From Massalongia carnosa (Eukaryota): a DNA stretch of 64,000 nucleotides. Below, in pieces: positions 22,230 to 33,378 of this stretch. The DNA lies in the NCBI GenBank assembly GCA_965645245.1, contig OZ287085.1, forward strand, positions 1,116,001 to 1,180,000. Direction: 5' to 3'. The translations under genes were made by a program, and so were the position numbers. Numbering within the stretch: the first letter of the stretch is position 1; every line of letters starts with the position of its first letter. Under the pieces are notes generated by a model. It saw only the letters and a program-made list of their open reading frames with translations, was not told the DNA's origin and made no database searches.

Positions 22230-24312
22230 TGGCTGTGTACGGTGTGCACTTTGCTTTACTGGAAAGTCATGTATGCTCAATACAATCGTTGTAAACAAAC
22301 AAGGACAGCATGAGGGAATCTACATTGGAAAGCGTTCGGTCACGAATAACAATACTCGTGCGGCTCAAAGTCGGTTGTTTCCTTCTATGATAAGCGTAAC
22401 CAAAGGAGCACAATCGAACCCATTTTGATAGTGAATGAATTGTGCGTACCTAACTAAATCACTCAATACCTGGATTCCAGAGTACATAAGTCACCCAGAT
22501 CCTAGCTATCGCATCTAATTTTGAATGACGCTAACTTGACAAGAAAACGATAGTTTTCGAGGCCACACGCCTGCCAATTGTTGATGTAGAGCTTCCGTCA
22601 ACATCTGTATCCAGACTGCTCTGCCAGTACTCTGCAGAGGAACTGGAAATTCAAGGCCAGCTTGAAGTTCTCGGGCATGGCTCCCAAGCAGGAACCCCTT
22701 TGCGATTTGCTGATTATTGAAGCAGGCCCGGCAGTGTACGTCAATCTCCTGACGGTGGTGCTCTGCTAATTGACGGACATTGTCAAGCAAGATGTCTGAG
22801 TTATCGTATAGAATCCTGACGACACGGGACGAATTTGGTGGACTGATTGACGTTCAGCGGATGTCGTAGGCGTATCAAGGATAAAAGTAGTCAGCTTGAA
22901 TCCGAGTCGTATCGAATTGTTCCTTCTCAGCTCCCCCAAGGAACATTTAAATAATTTAGTTGAAAGAAGTACTCTTCCGAAAAAGCTAGAATTTGACTGT
23001 GGCGCAAAGGAATAAGTTATCTATCCCATTAAAATTGAATTCTGTCATTTATGCTGGAGGAAGCAACAGCAAATTACAAGGATACAGGCGTGTTCAATAG
23101 TCTCCACTGACATAACTTATTTAAATAGACGACGACAACTTGCTTAGCAAACGAACAAAACAGTTGGGACTACCGGAACTCACCAGGGCAAAATACATGA
23201 TAGAATGTGAAGGGGCTCTTAGCTAGTCTCGAAATAGCTCGGACTCGTTATGGAAGGCGCAAAGTCTGATTTCGTTTGGAGCGTGTTAGACATTGTTCCC
23301 ATCCTCGACATCCATACATAAGTCAAGTTCTGAAACGTTGACGTTCATGAGATATCGACGATTATCATCAAACATAACTTATATTGGCTCGGGATGTTCA
23401 ATACATAGTGTTTGCGATGGGATTATGATGATAATATCGAGAGAATAGAAAATTGTTCATATGTGTATTCAGCTGAATGAAGTCAGAATAAACGATAAGC
23501 AGTTTGATCATTCTCAAATTACATCCGATCTAATTCTGAGAAATCCACGAAGAATTATGCACCTCTCTTAGGTAAGTTATGAGTATTGTCAATGATGGAC
23601 CGATTATCAGGTACATTTCTCCTTCATAGATCACTCAGCTACTAAAGACAACTGATCGGGAGGGACAGGTTAGACAACGCATCGCAAAACGCTTGGTGGT
23701 GATGATTAGATATTTCTGGCTGGCGACTGGTTTCACGCTCAAAGCTGGACATGGTATGAACTACTCAGTCCAAGTTGCCTATAATCTCGATTGAAAAATA
23801 AGCGCAGTTCTCAAGGGCCTTGCCCAACGTTCCATTCTCAAGATATAAGAATCCGAACGCAAAAATGTCGCCCTAGTGCTAATTGCCCTTAATGAAGAGA
23901 TCTCCCGTTTGTGTTCTAAAAGATCGGCTATTAATGCAGTCGATAAAGGTGAAATCTCATTCAAGAGTTCTGTAGCACGTCGACCTAGATAGAAATCTAA
24001 TAGGGACTATGTACGAAAACTAGTAAGATGAAGAAAGAAAGCTATGTACAGATCGCCGGTTAATAAACACTCATACCCGTGCTAAGCCTAATGCAGGTTT
24101 TCATCACCGTCGTTGAACTGCTCATACCACGCGTGTTAATAATATCGCTACAAGCAGTGCTAAATCCGTTTTCGGTTAGATAAGGTGAATAGCACTACGT
24201 CATGTGTTGCCTGAGGTTAGAGCGTTGACATTACCCCCTTCTTTAGATCGCGAATCACCTGATCGCGATTAGCGCCGTTCTTGTCAGGTGACGTAATTCC
24301 CGTTGACTGTTG

Positions 24313-27300
24313 TCAACCTGGTGCGAAATTCCACCGTGGTTTGCTAGGATAGCGCAAATAGAAATCCTCCACTATCTCCTTAGCATTTTCAAATCCATTA
24401 GCATCGTACCAATCTGGATCTTCCGGATGGTCCTTCCATTTGACTCGAAATTGCACCTTTCCTCTTCGCCTTCTGGCATCCAGCACGTCATCAACTTCCC
24501 ATTCTTCCTTACCTTCTATCACTACCGGAGGGGCTGGATCATTGATCTGCCCTGGTAATGGATCCACCGCGGCCTTTCTCAATAGACTAGTGTGGAATAC
24601 ATTATGAATTTTCATCGATTCGGGCAGAGCTAGCCTGCACGATGACCCAATCATCTTGTCTATTCGGTACGGTCCGATCATCTTGTGGTCCAGTTTCTTC
24701 GAAGTTCTCTCGGTATGGATATTTTTCGTTGACAACCAAACCATATCGCCCTCTTCATAGCTGACCTCCTTTCGATTCTGATTAGCCACCCTTTGCTGTC
24801 TATCCTGCGACTTCTTCATGTTTTCGTGAACGAACTCCCAGGTTTTCTTCATCCTTTCGGTGATATTTTGGGCACGTTCCTTAGCTAACCTTTCTCGAGT
24901 AGTATCTGCAGATAGATCAACCACATCGAAACTCATCCTTGGTTCATATCCCTTTGTGGCCATAAACGGTGTCAACTTGGTGGAGGCCGATTCGCAAGCA
25001 TTGGCCGCAAACTCCGCCATCGGTAGTAGCATCACCCAATCATCCTGGAAATAGTTTACATAGCTGCGCAGGTGTCGCTCCATTTCCTGATTGGCTATCT
25101 CGCTCTGGCCATCGGTTTCCGGATGAAATGCTGTGGAGAGTTTGGCCGTTATACCCAGTATTTTGCACATCGTTTTCCAGACCGCCGATACAAACTGCGG
25201 TCCCCGATCGGATACTATGCTACTGGGCAACCCATGGTATTTCCAGACGTTATTGATCAACAACTTCGCCGTTGCTTCGCTCGTGGTTCCATGTTCCTCG
25301 GTAGTGCATGGTATGTAATGCCTTTCCTTCGATAATCGATCTACCACCATAAGAATCGCATTGAATCCTTCGCCCGACAGTGGAAGGCCCGTTACGAAGT
25401 CTAGTGATATATCCTGCCATGGTTGTTCGGGTATAGATAATGGCCTCAACAAACCATTGTACTTATCTCTAGGTGCTTTCGCGCGTCTGCAAACATGACA
25501 ATTCCGTACATACCGTTTGATATCCGCTTCCATTTTGGGCCAGTAGTAATTCCGAGTTATCATCTCCAAGGTTCGAGCGACGCCAGGGTGCCCTACAGCT
25601 GGCTGATCATGAATCTGACGGATTACCTCCAGTTTCAATTCATCCTGTGCGGGCACCCATAGCTTATTCCGCTTGTATAGCAAGCCGTCCTTGACCTGAC
25701 AGTCTTTTAACGCCGGCGAGTTTTCCGAGTCTGAATCAAGTCCAGTGCTTGCAGCACTCAATGCCTGACGCATATTATTGCAATCCTCATCTGTGACATT
25801 GCCCTGCCTTACCTTTTCTTCCAAGGTCTGAACAGTCTCTTCCGTTTCTGTCTCGATGGGCGCCAGTTCGATGCGATTGCGGGGCAACAGAGTCTGTAGC
25901 TGATGCTGTTGGCGTTCGTCCTTCTCATCCTTGGGCTTATCATTGGGTCTCCGGGTTAGAGCATCAGCCTTTTCATTATTTTTACCCGTTTGATAAACGA
26001 TGACGAAGTTGAACTCAGATAGGAATTCCGCCCATCTAGCCTGTCGACGGGTCAACTTTTTGGTAGTCATGAAAAATTCCAAACTCTTGTGATCGGTGAA
26101 GACCTTTATAGGTATTTCTGTGCCTTCCAATTCTGGTCTCCATTGTTCAAAGCATCGAATGATAGCTAACAGTTCTTTATCGTAGATCTCGTAATTGCAC
26201 TCGGCCGGGCTCATGTTCTTTGAGAAGAAGGCTACCGGATGCAACTCGTCATCCTCACCCATTTGGGACAGAATACCCCCACTGACATAATCCGAAGAGT
26301 CTGTTTCTAACCAACACTGTAGTTTTGGATCGAAATGAGCAAGAACAGGTGCTTCCACCACTCGATCCTTCAGGTCCTGGAACCCCTGAGCGCAAGCTTC
26401 GGTCCATTCGAAGATTCTATCCTTCTTGGCCAGTGCATTTAATGGTCCAGCTAGTTTGGAAAAGCCTCGAATGAAGCGCCGATAGAAGTTGCAAAAACCT
26501 ATAAATGATCGCACCTCGCGAAGACAGGTAGGAACGCTCCATTCCATGATAGCCTTTATCTTTTCCGGGTCCATCTTGATACCATCCGTGCTGATGATCA
26601 GGCCCAAATACTTCGTTTCAGTGACGTGGAATTCACACTTATCCACATCGGCTTGAATGCCTGCCTCTCTTAACTTGGTGAGCACTCCCCTTACATGCTG
26701 ACGGTGTTGTTTCAGATTTCTGCTATAAATCAGAATGTCATCCAGATAGGCCGTACAAAATTTGTCTAAGTATTCAAAGAGGACATCATTAATGAAGTGC
26801 TGCCACGAAGCCGGTCCTCCAGTCAATCCAAATGGTAACACCTTGTATTTATAGGCCCCAAACCGTGAGTTGAAGGTGGTGAGGTCCTCCGACGCAGCCT
26901 CCATCCGAAGTTTATGAAAGGCCTGACGAATATCTATTTTGGAGAATATTTTAGCCTCTTTCAACTGAGCCAACGTTTCCTCGATCAAAGGTATTGGATA
27001 ACGATCCTTTTTAGTGATCTGATTCAGCCTTCGGTAATCTACGCAGAACCGTAATCCACCACTAGGCTTTTTCGCTAACAGAATGGGCGATGAGCATGCG
27101 GCATGGCTTGCTTCGATAAAGCCTTTTCTGAGATTGTCTTCTAGATATTTCTTGACAAACTCCAGTTCTTTCTGGGACATGCTCCGAAGAGGACTATATC
27201 CATGATCTTTACCCCCTTCGAGCAGTATCTTGTGATCATGCAATCTATGAGGTGACAACGTATCAGAATCTATCTTCGAAAACACGTCCAAAAACTCGTG

Positions 27301-28125
27301 ATACTCCGGCGGCACTACCAACTTTGGATCAGTAGGAGGCCTCGACTCCTTATTCAACTGATCGTCTATGTCCTTCATCGAGATCGCATAGACTTTTACC
27401 GCCTTACAGTGAGTAAGGTATCGGTAGGAGTCTGCACCAATGATGGCTACATCAACCGGTTTAGATGGTTTCGGATCGATCCTCGGAACTTCCTTTGGGA
27501 TTGGAGTAGCCTCCGGTTTATCTTCCATGATAGATCGACGCAATATCTTTCGGGGTGAGATCACTGTAGTCAACTCCTCATCCGTCGATTTTTTATCGAT
27601 CGTTTCCAGTTTCCTAGGAGGTTCTATCAACTTAGGAGCACCCGGGTGGGTGCAGTGTCCAGGCCAGAACATGATTTTATCGCAACTCATGTCCAGAATG
27701 ACTCCATGCTTTCGCATCCATGGTTTTCCTAGTATCATTTTATGCTGCCCCAGCTGTGTAATCAACAGAGGCGAGATTGTTTCCCTATGATCCTGCACGG
27801 TGAGGGTAGGATAGATGGCGTGGGTGATAGGTTTACCCAAGCGGCCATCGAAACATCTCACCGGCTTCGGTTTCGTCAATCGCTGCGGTGATAGTTGCAG
27901 TCGTTCACAAATCGTGCGCACCATCTTTTCATCAATAAAAGCATGTCCTGTAGCACCAGTGTCTAACAGAGTAACAAGCTCTATTTCTTCCTGGTTGCCT
28001 AGTTTACATGAAGTAACAAGAGGTTCATCGGTAAACAAATCACCAGGCAAACAAGAGGATGAGATCAAAAGAGGTTTATCATCGTCATCTCCACTCGCGT
28101 CTTCGAGGGAGATCAGTCTTTTTTT
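24313..28125 (-). CDS. pol: Pol (PR-RT-RNase H-IN-chromodomain) of Gypsy-B, in the -1 frame to gag
   Basis: LLDTGA, YLDD, TDSSD, HHCC, SDRGPQF, GPY and canonical chromodomain EEWEVDDVLDARRRRGKVQFRVKWKD. Confidence 0.96.
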   Translation of the reverse strand, partial: KKRLISLEDASGDDDDKPLLISSSCLPGDLFTDEPLVTSCKLGNQEEIELVTLLDTGATGHAFIDEKMVRTICERLQLSPQRLTKPKPVRCFDGRLGKPITHAIYPTLTVQDHRETISPLLITQLGQHKMILGKPWMRKHGVILDMSCDKIMFWPGHCTHPGAPKLIEPPRKLETIDKKSTDEELTTVISPRKILRRSIMEDKPEATPIPKEVPRIDPKPSKPVDVAIIGADSYRYLTHCKAVKVYAISMKDIDDQLNKESRPPTDPKLVVPPEYHEFLDVFSKIDSDTLSPHRLHDHKILLEGGKDHGYSPLRSMSQKELEFVKKYLEDNLRKGFIEASHAACSSPILLAKKPSGGLRFCVDYRRLNQITKKDRYPIPLIEETLAQLKEAKIFSKIDIRQAFHKLRMEAASEDLTTFNSRFGAYKYKVLPFGLTGGPASWQHFINDVLFEYLDKFCTAYLDDILIYSRNLKQHRQHVRGVLTKLREAGIQADVDKCEFHVTETKYLGLIISTDGIKMDPEKIKAIMEWSVPTCLREVRSFIGFCNFYRRFIRGFSKLAGPLNALAKKDRIFEWTEACAQGFQDLKDRVVEAPVLAHFDPKLQCWLETDSSDYVSGGILSQMGEDDELHPVAFFSKNMSPAECNYEIYDKELLAIIRCFEQWRPELEGTEIPIKVFTDHKSLEFFMTTKKLTRRQARWAEFLSEFNFVIVYQTGKNNEKADALTRRPNDKPKDEKDERQQHQLQTLLPRNRIELAPIETETEETVQTLEEKVRQGNVTDEDCNNMRQALSAASTGLDSDSENSPALKDCQVKDGLLYKRNKLWVPAQDELKLEVIRQIHDQPAVGHPGVARTLEMITRNYYWPKMEADIKRYVRNCHVCRRAKAPRDKYNGLLRPLSIPEQPWQDISLDFVTGLPLSGEGFNAILMVVDRLSKERHYIPCTTEEHGTTSEATAKLLINNVWKYHGLPSSIVSDRGPQFVSAVWKTMCKILGITAKLSTAFHPETDGQSEIANQEMERHLRSYVNYFQDDWVMLLPMAEFAANACESASTKLTPFMATKGYEPRMSFDVVDLSADTTRERLAKERAQNITERMKKTWEFVHENMKKSQDRQQRVANQNRKEVSYEEGDMVWLSTKNIHTERTSKKLDHKMIGPYRIDKMIGSSCRLALPESMKIHNVFHTSLLRKAAVDPLPGQINDPAPPVVIEGKEEWEVDDVLDARRRRGKVQFRVKWKDHPEDPDWYDANGFENAKEIVEDFYLRYPSKPRWNFAPG

Positions 28126-29393
28126 GACTTCGGCTCAACATCTAACTCGTTAATGATGGCTGTCATCTTTGATTTCTTTTTAGGACAGTCCCTTGAGGGA
28201 TGTCCGACCTCCTTGCAATTGAAGCACTTCCCTTCCCTGCTCAACCGCTCCCGTTCCGAGTCCGATAGATAGGATCCTACGGTCCAGGACGACAAGGTCG
28301 ATGGCGATGAAGGGGCACGAGACTCGGTGCGAGCATTTGGTGCCACATAGGTTTTGCTTTCGGTGGTAGCGGTAGGGGTGTTCGCCGGGACCACTACGCT
28401 GGTTGGTTTTTTTCCTTCGGCAAAGCGTTCCATCCTAGCCTTGCTACGATCCACATCCTTCAGAGCCTGATACATGCGCTGGCAACGCTGAGCGAACGCA
28501 TATAGGTCGGTTGGTTCGTGATCGCCGGTGGCTAGCTGACGGCGCATATCTAGGTTGAGCTTGTGTTTCAACTCACCGATTAGGGTAGACTCATTGTGAT
28601 CCAACTCGGCGGCCAAACGCTGAAACTCCGCCCAAAAGGTATTGAAGTCCTTTTGACCCTGTCGCAGAGAACGGAATAGGTTCATGGCAGTCTGTTTGCG
28701 GTTCGGATCTCCATAAATTCGTTCCAAATGATCAAACATTTCCTCTGCAGTAAGAAAAGGTTTGATAGCATTTTTTCGGAGACGAGGTTCCAAATGGCCC
28801 ATAGCCTCTCCGCCGACTCGGTTTTCCACATAGGCCTTTTTAAATAGCTCGGTAGGCATATGGTCTTCATTAGCTGCTAATTTGCTGCGCATTTTAGTCA
28901 ACCAATGATCGATACTCGGTTCTTTTCCATCGATAAAGACCGGTGGGTCGGGAAGTTTCATCGACTTCCATAAAGATTCTTCGCTCTGATTGGATCGTGC
29001 AGGGGAGCCCTGCAGGTCATGTGGAGGTGGAAATGGTGGTGGTGCATTACTCCCTGCAGGTGCAGTAGCTGCTGTGGCCATCCGCCGAGCCTCTTCAAGT
29101 TCTTCCTTCTGGTATTCAATCATACCTGCTTGGCGATTGATTTTGATCTGACTATCTTCTAAACTAAGCACAAGCTTATTATGTTCCACCACGACCTCCT
29201 CATAGTCTGACTTCATGTCTCGTATTATAGCCAAGACTGTTTCGGCATCCTCCTGCACCCAGTGCCGAAGATGTTGTACTGTTTCTATCCTCCATGGTGA
29301 GTCAGCCCCGGGGCCTTCTTCACCGATGTCTATGGGCGGGATGAGAGACTCCCGTTGATAGTAGGTGGGTGTTTCGTTCGCGGATCTAGCCAT
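28113..29393 (-). CDS. gag: Gag (Gypsy-B)
   Basis: 426 aa with LPDPPVF, LRQGQKDFNTFWAEF and CCHC knuckle CFNCKEVGHPSRDC. Confidence 0.93.
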   Translation of the reverse strand: MARSANETPTYYQRESLIPPIDIGEEGPGADSPWRIETVQHLRHWVQEDAETVLAIIRDMKSDYEEVVVEHNKLVLSLEDSQIKINRQAGMIEYQKEELEEARRMATAATAPAGSNAPPPFPPPHDLQGSPARSNQSEESLWKSMKLPDPPVFIDGKEPSIDHWLTKMRSKLAANEDHMPTELFKKAYVENRVGGEAMGHLEPRLRKNAIKPFLTAEEMFDHLERIYGDPNRKQTAMNLFRSLRQGQKDFNTFWAEFQRLAAELDHNESTLIGELKHKLNLDMRRQLATGDHEPTDLYAFAQRCQRMYQALKDVDRSKARMERFAEGKKPTSVVVPANTPTATTESKTYVAPNARTESRAPSSPSTLSSWTVGSYLSDSERERLSREGKCFNCKEVGHPSRDCPKKKSKMTAIINELDVEPKSKKD

Positions 29394-30359
29394 TTCTATC
29401 GCTCTTCCTTACTCAGCTCTGTTGAGTATAGTCCAGTTTCGTTCGTTTTCGGATTGTTATCGGATCTACTATCATATGCTGAGGATAGTCCTAGGATTTC
29501 GGATCTGGTTCGTGTTTCGGGTGCTGACTGCCTGACGGACTGACATACAGTTGGGTGGATTGTTTTATATCCTCCACAAGGGATAGCAAGATTTAGAGTG
29601 ATCTTACTAGTTGTGTAGCACGTCGACCTAGATAGAAATCTAATAGGGACTATGTACGAAAACTAGTAAGATGAAGAAAGAAAGCTATGTACAGATCGCC
29701 GGTTAATAAACACTCATACCCGTGCTAAGCCTAATGCAGGTTTTCATCACCGTCGTTGAACTGCTCATACCACGCGTGTTAATAATATCGCTACAAGCAG
29801 TGCTAAATCCGTTTTCGGTTAGATAAGGTGAATAGCACTACGTCATGTGTTGCCTGAGGTTAGAGCGTTGTAATCCGTGACAAGTTCAAGCAAGCATACG
29901 TAGATGATCCTCTATTTATCAACGGGATAGCTGCTAAGGATGGGGAAAGCGTTAATATTGCAAAGCCAGGAAAAGCAAGAGCTTGCTTATTATATTTTAA
30001 CAGGCCAGCGATTTCCAAGTTTTCAAGTCCTCTATCAATGCAACGCTTACCCTGAACAATACCAACAAATTCTTCCTAGCCATGACCGATTTCGAATCGT
30101 GTTGTCTGCGGACAATTTAATTGATAAATGATAATGACTGAGAGTTCAAAAACTCGACGACATTGAGAAATATGCATAGCGGGTGTCAAAAGTTTTTACC
30201 TAATGAGGGTAGGATTTTTAAGCGAAAATCCCCCATGTGCATGAAATTTTTTTAGATTTCCTCTCCCAATCAAGCATGACACTATCTACTCCACCACCAC
30301 AGGCAAAAAAATCCTCTGATGCTGATACCATCAGAAAACCCGCTTTTTTCATGCTATTA

Positions 30360-32896
30360 CTCGTATTCACCCCCATTTGCAACACGCTAGTTAGTAAGCA
30401 CCCCACCAAAATCCGAAAAATCTTTACCTTTCAGCTTTGCATGCCACCCAAATTGCTAGTAATTGCAAGCCAACTGATAAAGTCGGTTCGGAATAATCTG
30501 AACATTTATTGACCTTAAATATAACCCAATGGCTGCATCAAAAGAACTGGAATTGAGCTTTGTATGTACGTTTAAACCTCATCTTTTCACTCCCCATCCT
30601 TTTCCACCCCACTTTCCAGCTGTCTGACAGCAGTAGACTGTCATAATAACTTTCCCTTGACCAATCGATGTCCTCTAATCAACGAGGTCTTCCAGTTTGA
30701 GCTTCGAAAAAGCGATACTGTTGATCAAGAAGGCGTTGCTTGTGTTGGATCGGAGGGAGTTTTTTTAGGATGGGTCCTGAAGTCCCATCAACATCATTTG
30801 ACAGATAAACTTAGGGCAAATGAACATGTGAAAGGACTATTTATACGTACAGAGACTTTTTATTGGCTTGGAGAGGAGGATCATGCGTACGAGGCGAGTT
30901 TCTAGTTCTTTAATCAAGCCTTTGCGACGACTTTATTGTCCTACCACTTCGACTGATGCGCATTTCTTTCACTTTATTCGCCTCCGGCTCAATCATGAAA
31001 GTCTTTTTTGGCAATGAATTTCCGCTCGATCGCTTCTTGATAGGACTGGGCGAGAGAAGTATGATTGAATCCGAAGGCGGAGGAAGCATCGGAGGCCTTT
31101 GAAGAGCTTTCTTGATGGGACTGCGTTGTTTTGACTCCATGAATAAATCGGGACTGAGTTTGTTGAAAGATTTTACCAAAAGATTGAACTCTTTGGTCAT
31201 TTGTTTATCAATCTTTTCCTTTTCTTTGCTAGCTAGTTTTTGTTCTCGTTCCTCGAGAACCTCCGAATTCATGATTCTAGCAGTACCATAATGTCCCTTC
31301 GCTCGATTTGCTCTCTCGTGTTTGCGACGAGCAGCTACAAGAAGTTCTTCGTTTGTAATCCTGAGAAGATGACTGCTTGCCAACGCGGATTTGCAGGCCT
31401 TTCCAAGCTTGTCGAGAATCAATTGATTTGAGTCATTGTCAGTCAATTGCTCTATCAAATTATTGACTTGATCAGCATTCGCTGTAGTAAATGCCACTGA
31501 AACAGAGACATCATTTGAACTCGTGACTGTCATTTTCGGAGGCGTAGAAGGATGAGGTGGACTAGGAAGTTTTTGAAGAACTATAGCAGGATTGAATGGA
31601 AATAACCCACTTTTGGACCAGGCATGCTGAATATTTTGAGTGGATAAAGCTCTGTTTCGAGCCTTTTGAAAAAGAAGCAGAAATTCTGATTTATCAATTG
31701 AATAACCAACTCCTAGTCTAGTATACTTCTCCAGTTCCACCCGATAGGCCGTAGACAATAAATGAAAAACACCAACGTCTAAAGGCTGAAGCATGTCCGT
31801 TGAATAAGAAGGAAGACATAAAAGAATGATGTCTTTTTCCTTAAAAAACTGAATCGCTTCTGAAGTAAGATGAGAAGCATGTCCATCGAGAACAAGAAGA
31901 CGATAGCGACCTTTTAAACGGCTTCGCGTTTCCGGTTCAAAACACTGTTTTAACCAATCCAGACCGATTTCATTGTTTGTCCATCCATTCTCACTGAGGG
32001 CAATGTGACCACCTTCTTTGATAAATGAACACCAGGCCTTTTGCCGCCGTTTACCTTTGAAAATAACCCATGGTTTAAGAACCGCTCCATCAGCAGATAC
32101 ACATTCGATCAGAGAAACCCATTCTCTATTACCGCATTGAGTCAATAATGCTGGTCGATCATGCTTAGAGCAAATTACTCTGAGCTTGCCCACTAGTACC
32201 ATAGCAAATCCTTTTTCATCCATATTGTAGCAGTCCTCCTCATTGAATTTATATTGATTAAAATTCTTTGCGTACAGCTGAAACCATTGATTGAGCATTT
32301 CCGCATTATGCATTAAAGCTCTTTCCTTGTCCAATGCCTGACAAAACACAGTATCCAACTCTTTATGACGGGATAAAAATTTGCTCGCCCAATTGATACC
32401 CAAATCATTGCGATCGTCTCGCTTTATCAGCATTTCTAACGCCATAAAGCGAAGTTGTGTTACACGAGGCCAGCCCCATGCCTCCATTTGTATTGTCCAG
32501 TCCACGAGAGCGGATTCCTCCTCCGGAAGCAATCGCTGCTGCAATAGAGCAGCTTCTTTATGAGTTTTCGTTTCTGCAAGTCGTCTAGTAAGGGTGGAAT
32601 AATTCATACCATGCTGACGGGCGATTTTTCGAACGGATGGCTTGTCTTCGAAAGCTTTGGGACCGGCTTCCCAGTCATTAAATGACTCTCTATAAGCAGC
32701 AATAGCAAGCTGAATGCGCTCCTCTTTGGGCAGTTCGTCTGCTGAGTTCATAATGAATTACTTGAGTTGACAATGCAGATAGAAGAGGAAGAAATGTAAA
32801 AAATTTGATATACCGGAGTTAGCGGATTTTAATGCGGGTGCTTACTAACTAGCGTGTTGCAAATGGGGGTGTGTTGCAAATGGTGGTGAATACGAG
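30360..32896 (-). mobile_element. pogo/Fot1 DNA transposon, intact
   Basis: About 44-bp TIR CTCGTATTCACCCCCATTTGCAACACGCTAGTTAGTAAGCACCC, with a 17-bp internal duplication in the right copy. TA on both flanks. Confidence 0.93.
30910..32751 (-). CDS. pogo/Fot1 transposase (HTH, CENP-B HTH, DDE_1)
   Basis: 613-aa uninterrupted ORF with NMDEKGF, LVLDGHASH and LQPLDVGVF. Confidence 0.93.
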   Translation of the reverse strand: MNSADELPKEERIQLAIAAYRESFNDWEAGPKAFEDKPSVRKIARQHGMNYSTLTRRLAETKTHKEAALLQQRLLPEEESALVDWTIQMEAWGWPRVTQLRFMALEMLIKRDDRNDLGINWASKFLSRHKELDTVFCQALDKERALMHNAEMLNQWFQLYAKNFNQYKFNEEDCYNMDEKGFAMVLVGKLRVICSKHDRPALLTQCGNREWVSLIECVSADGAVLKPWVIFKGKRRQKAWCSFIKEGGHIALSENGWTNNEIGLDWLKQCFEPETRSRLKGRYRLLVLDGHASHLTSEAIQFFKEKDIILLCLPSYSTDMLQPLDVGVFHLLSTAYRVELEKYTRLGVGYSIDKSEFLLLFQKARNRALSTQNIQHAWSKSGLFPFNPAIVLQKLPSPPHPSTPPKMTVTSSNDVSVSVAFTTANADQVNNLIEQLTDNDSNQLILDKLGKACKSALASSHLLRITNEELLVAARRKHERANRAKGHYGTARIMNSEVLEEREQKLASKEKEKIDKQMTKEFNLLVKSFNKLSPDLFMESKQRSPIKKALQRPPMLPPPSDSIILLSPSPIKKRSSGNSLPKKTFMIEPEANKVKEMRISRSGRTIKSSQRLD

Positions 32897-33046
32897 TAGT
32901 TACTACACGGATTGTTACTACACAGGTAGTTACTACCTTTCTCCACTTCCCACTGGCCTTGGATTGACTCGGCACGACTCCAGTTCACGTCTAGAGCTCG
33001 GTGCTCTGGCCGCTAACGTGCGAGTCGTAAGTTGGGGTTGGCAGAC

Positions 33047-33083
33047 CCAGTGACAAGGCCAGTGACAAGGCCAGTGACAAGGC
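33047..33083. repeat. 12-bp tandem repeat CCAGTGACAAGG x3 upstream of the NLR gene
   Basis: Three exact copies about 300 bp before the ATG at 33379. Confidence 0.85.
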
Positions 33084-33378
33084 TGACGGAGGGGGCAGCC
33101 ACCACTTCAATGCTTTTCTTTATATCTAATTGCTTCTGGTTATTATCTTTCTCTACGACCTTGGATATTGAGATCGACTCACAGCAATACCTACTAGCTT
33201 ACATCTCCATTTCCGCCATTGAATCCAACCGACGAAATAAGACGATTTATCAGTCCCGTAGTACAACAACATAGGCTATGAGCGCAACCGCTTTTAATCG
33301 AACACTATCGATAAAGATTTGCGAAACCCAGGATGAATATGACTAACTATCTCCGTGATTAGCAAGTGTGCTATCAGG

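Larger units (their letters stand above)
23971..29882 (-). mobile_element. Full-length Ty3/gypsy chromovirus (Gypsy-B), apparently intact
   Basis: LTRs 23971-24230 and 29614-29882 differ only by a 9-bp indel as far as seen. TSD AGTTC, PPT at 24231-24243, open gag and pol. Confidence 0.98.
23250..30118 (+). pseudogene. Possible decayed gene of unknown family, split by Gypsy-B
   Basis: A plus-strand frame with scattered stops runs from about 23640 to the TSD and resumes after 29887 into ORF 29940-30131. Intron-like GTAAGT...CAG at about 23572-23610. Confidence 0.25.
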
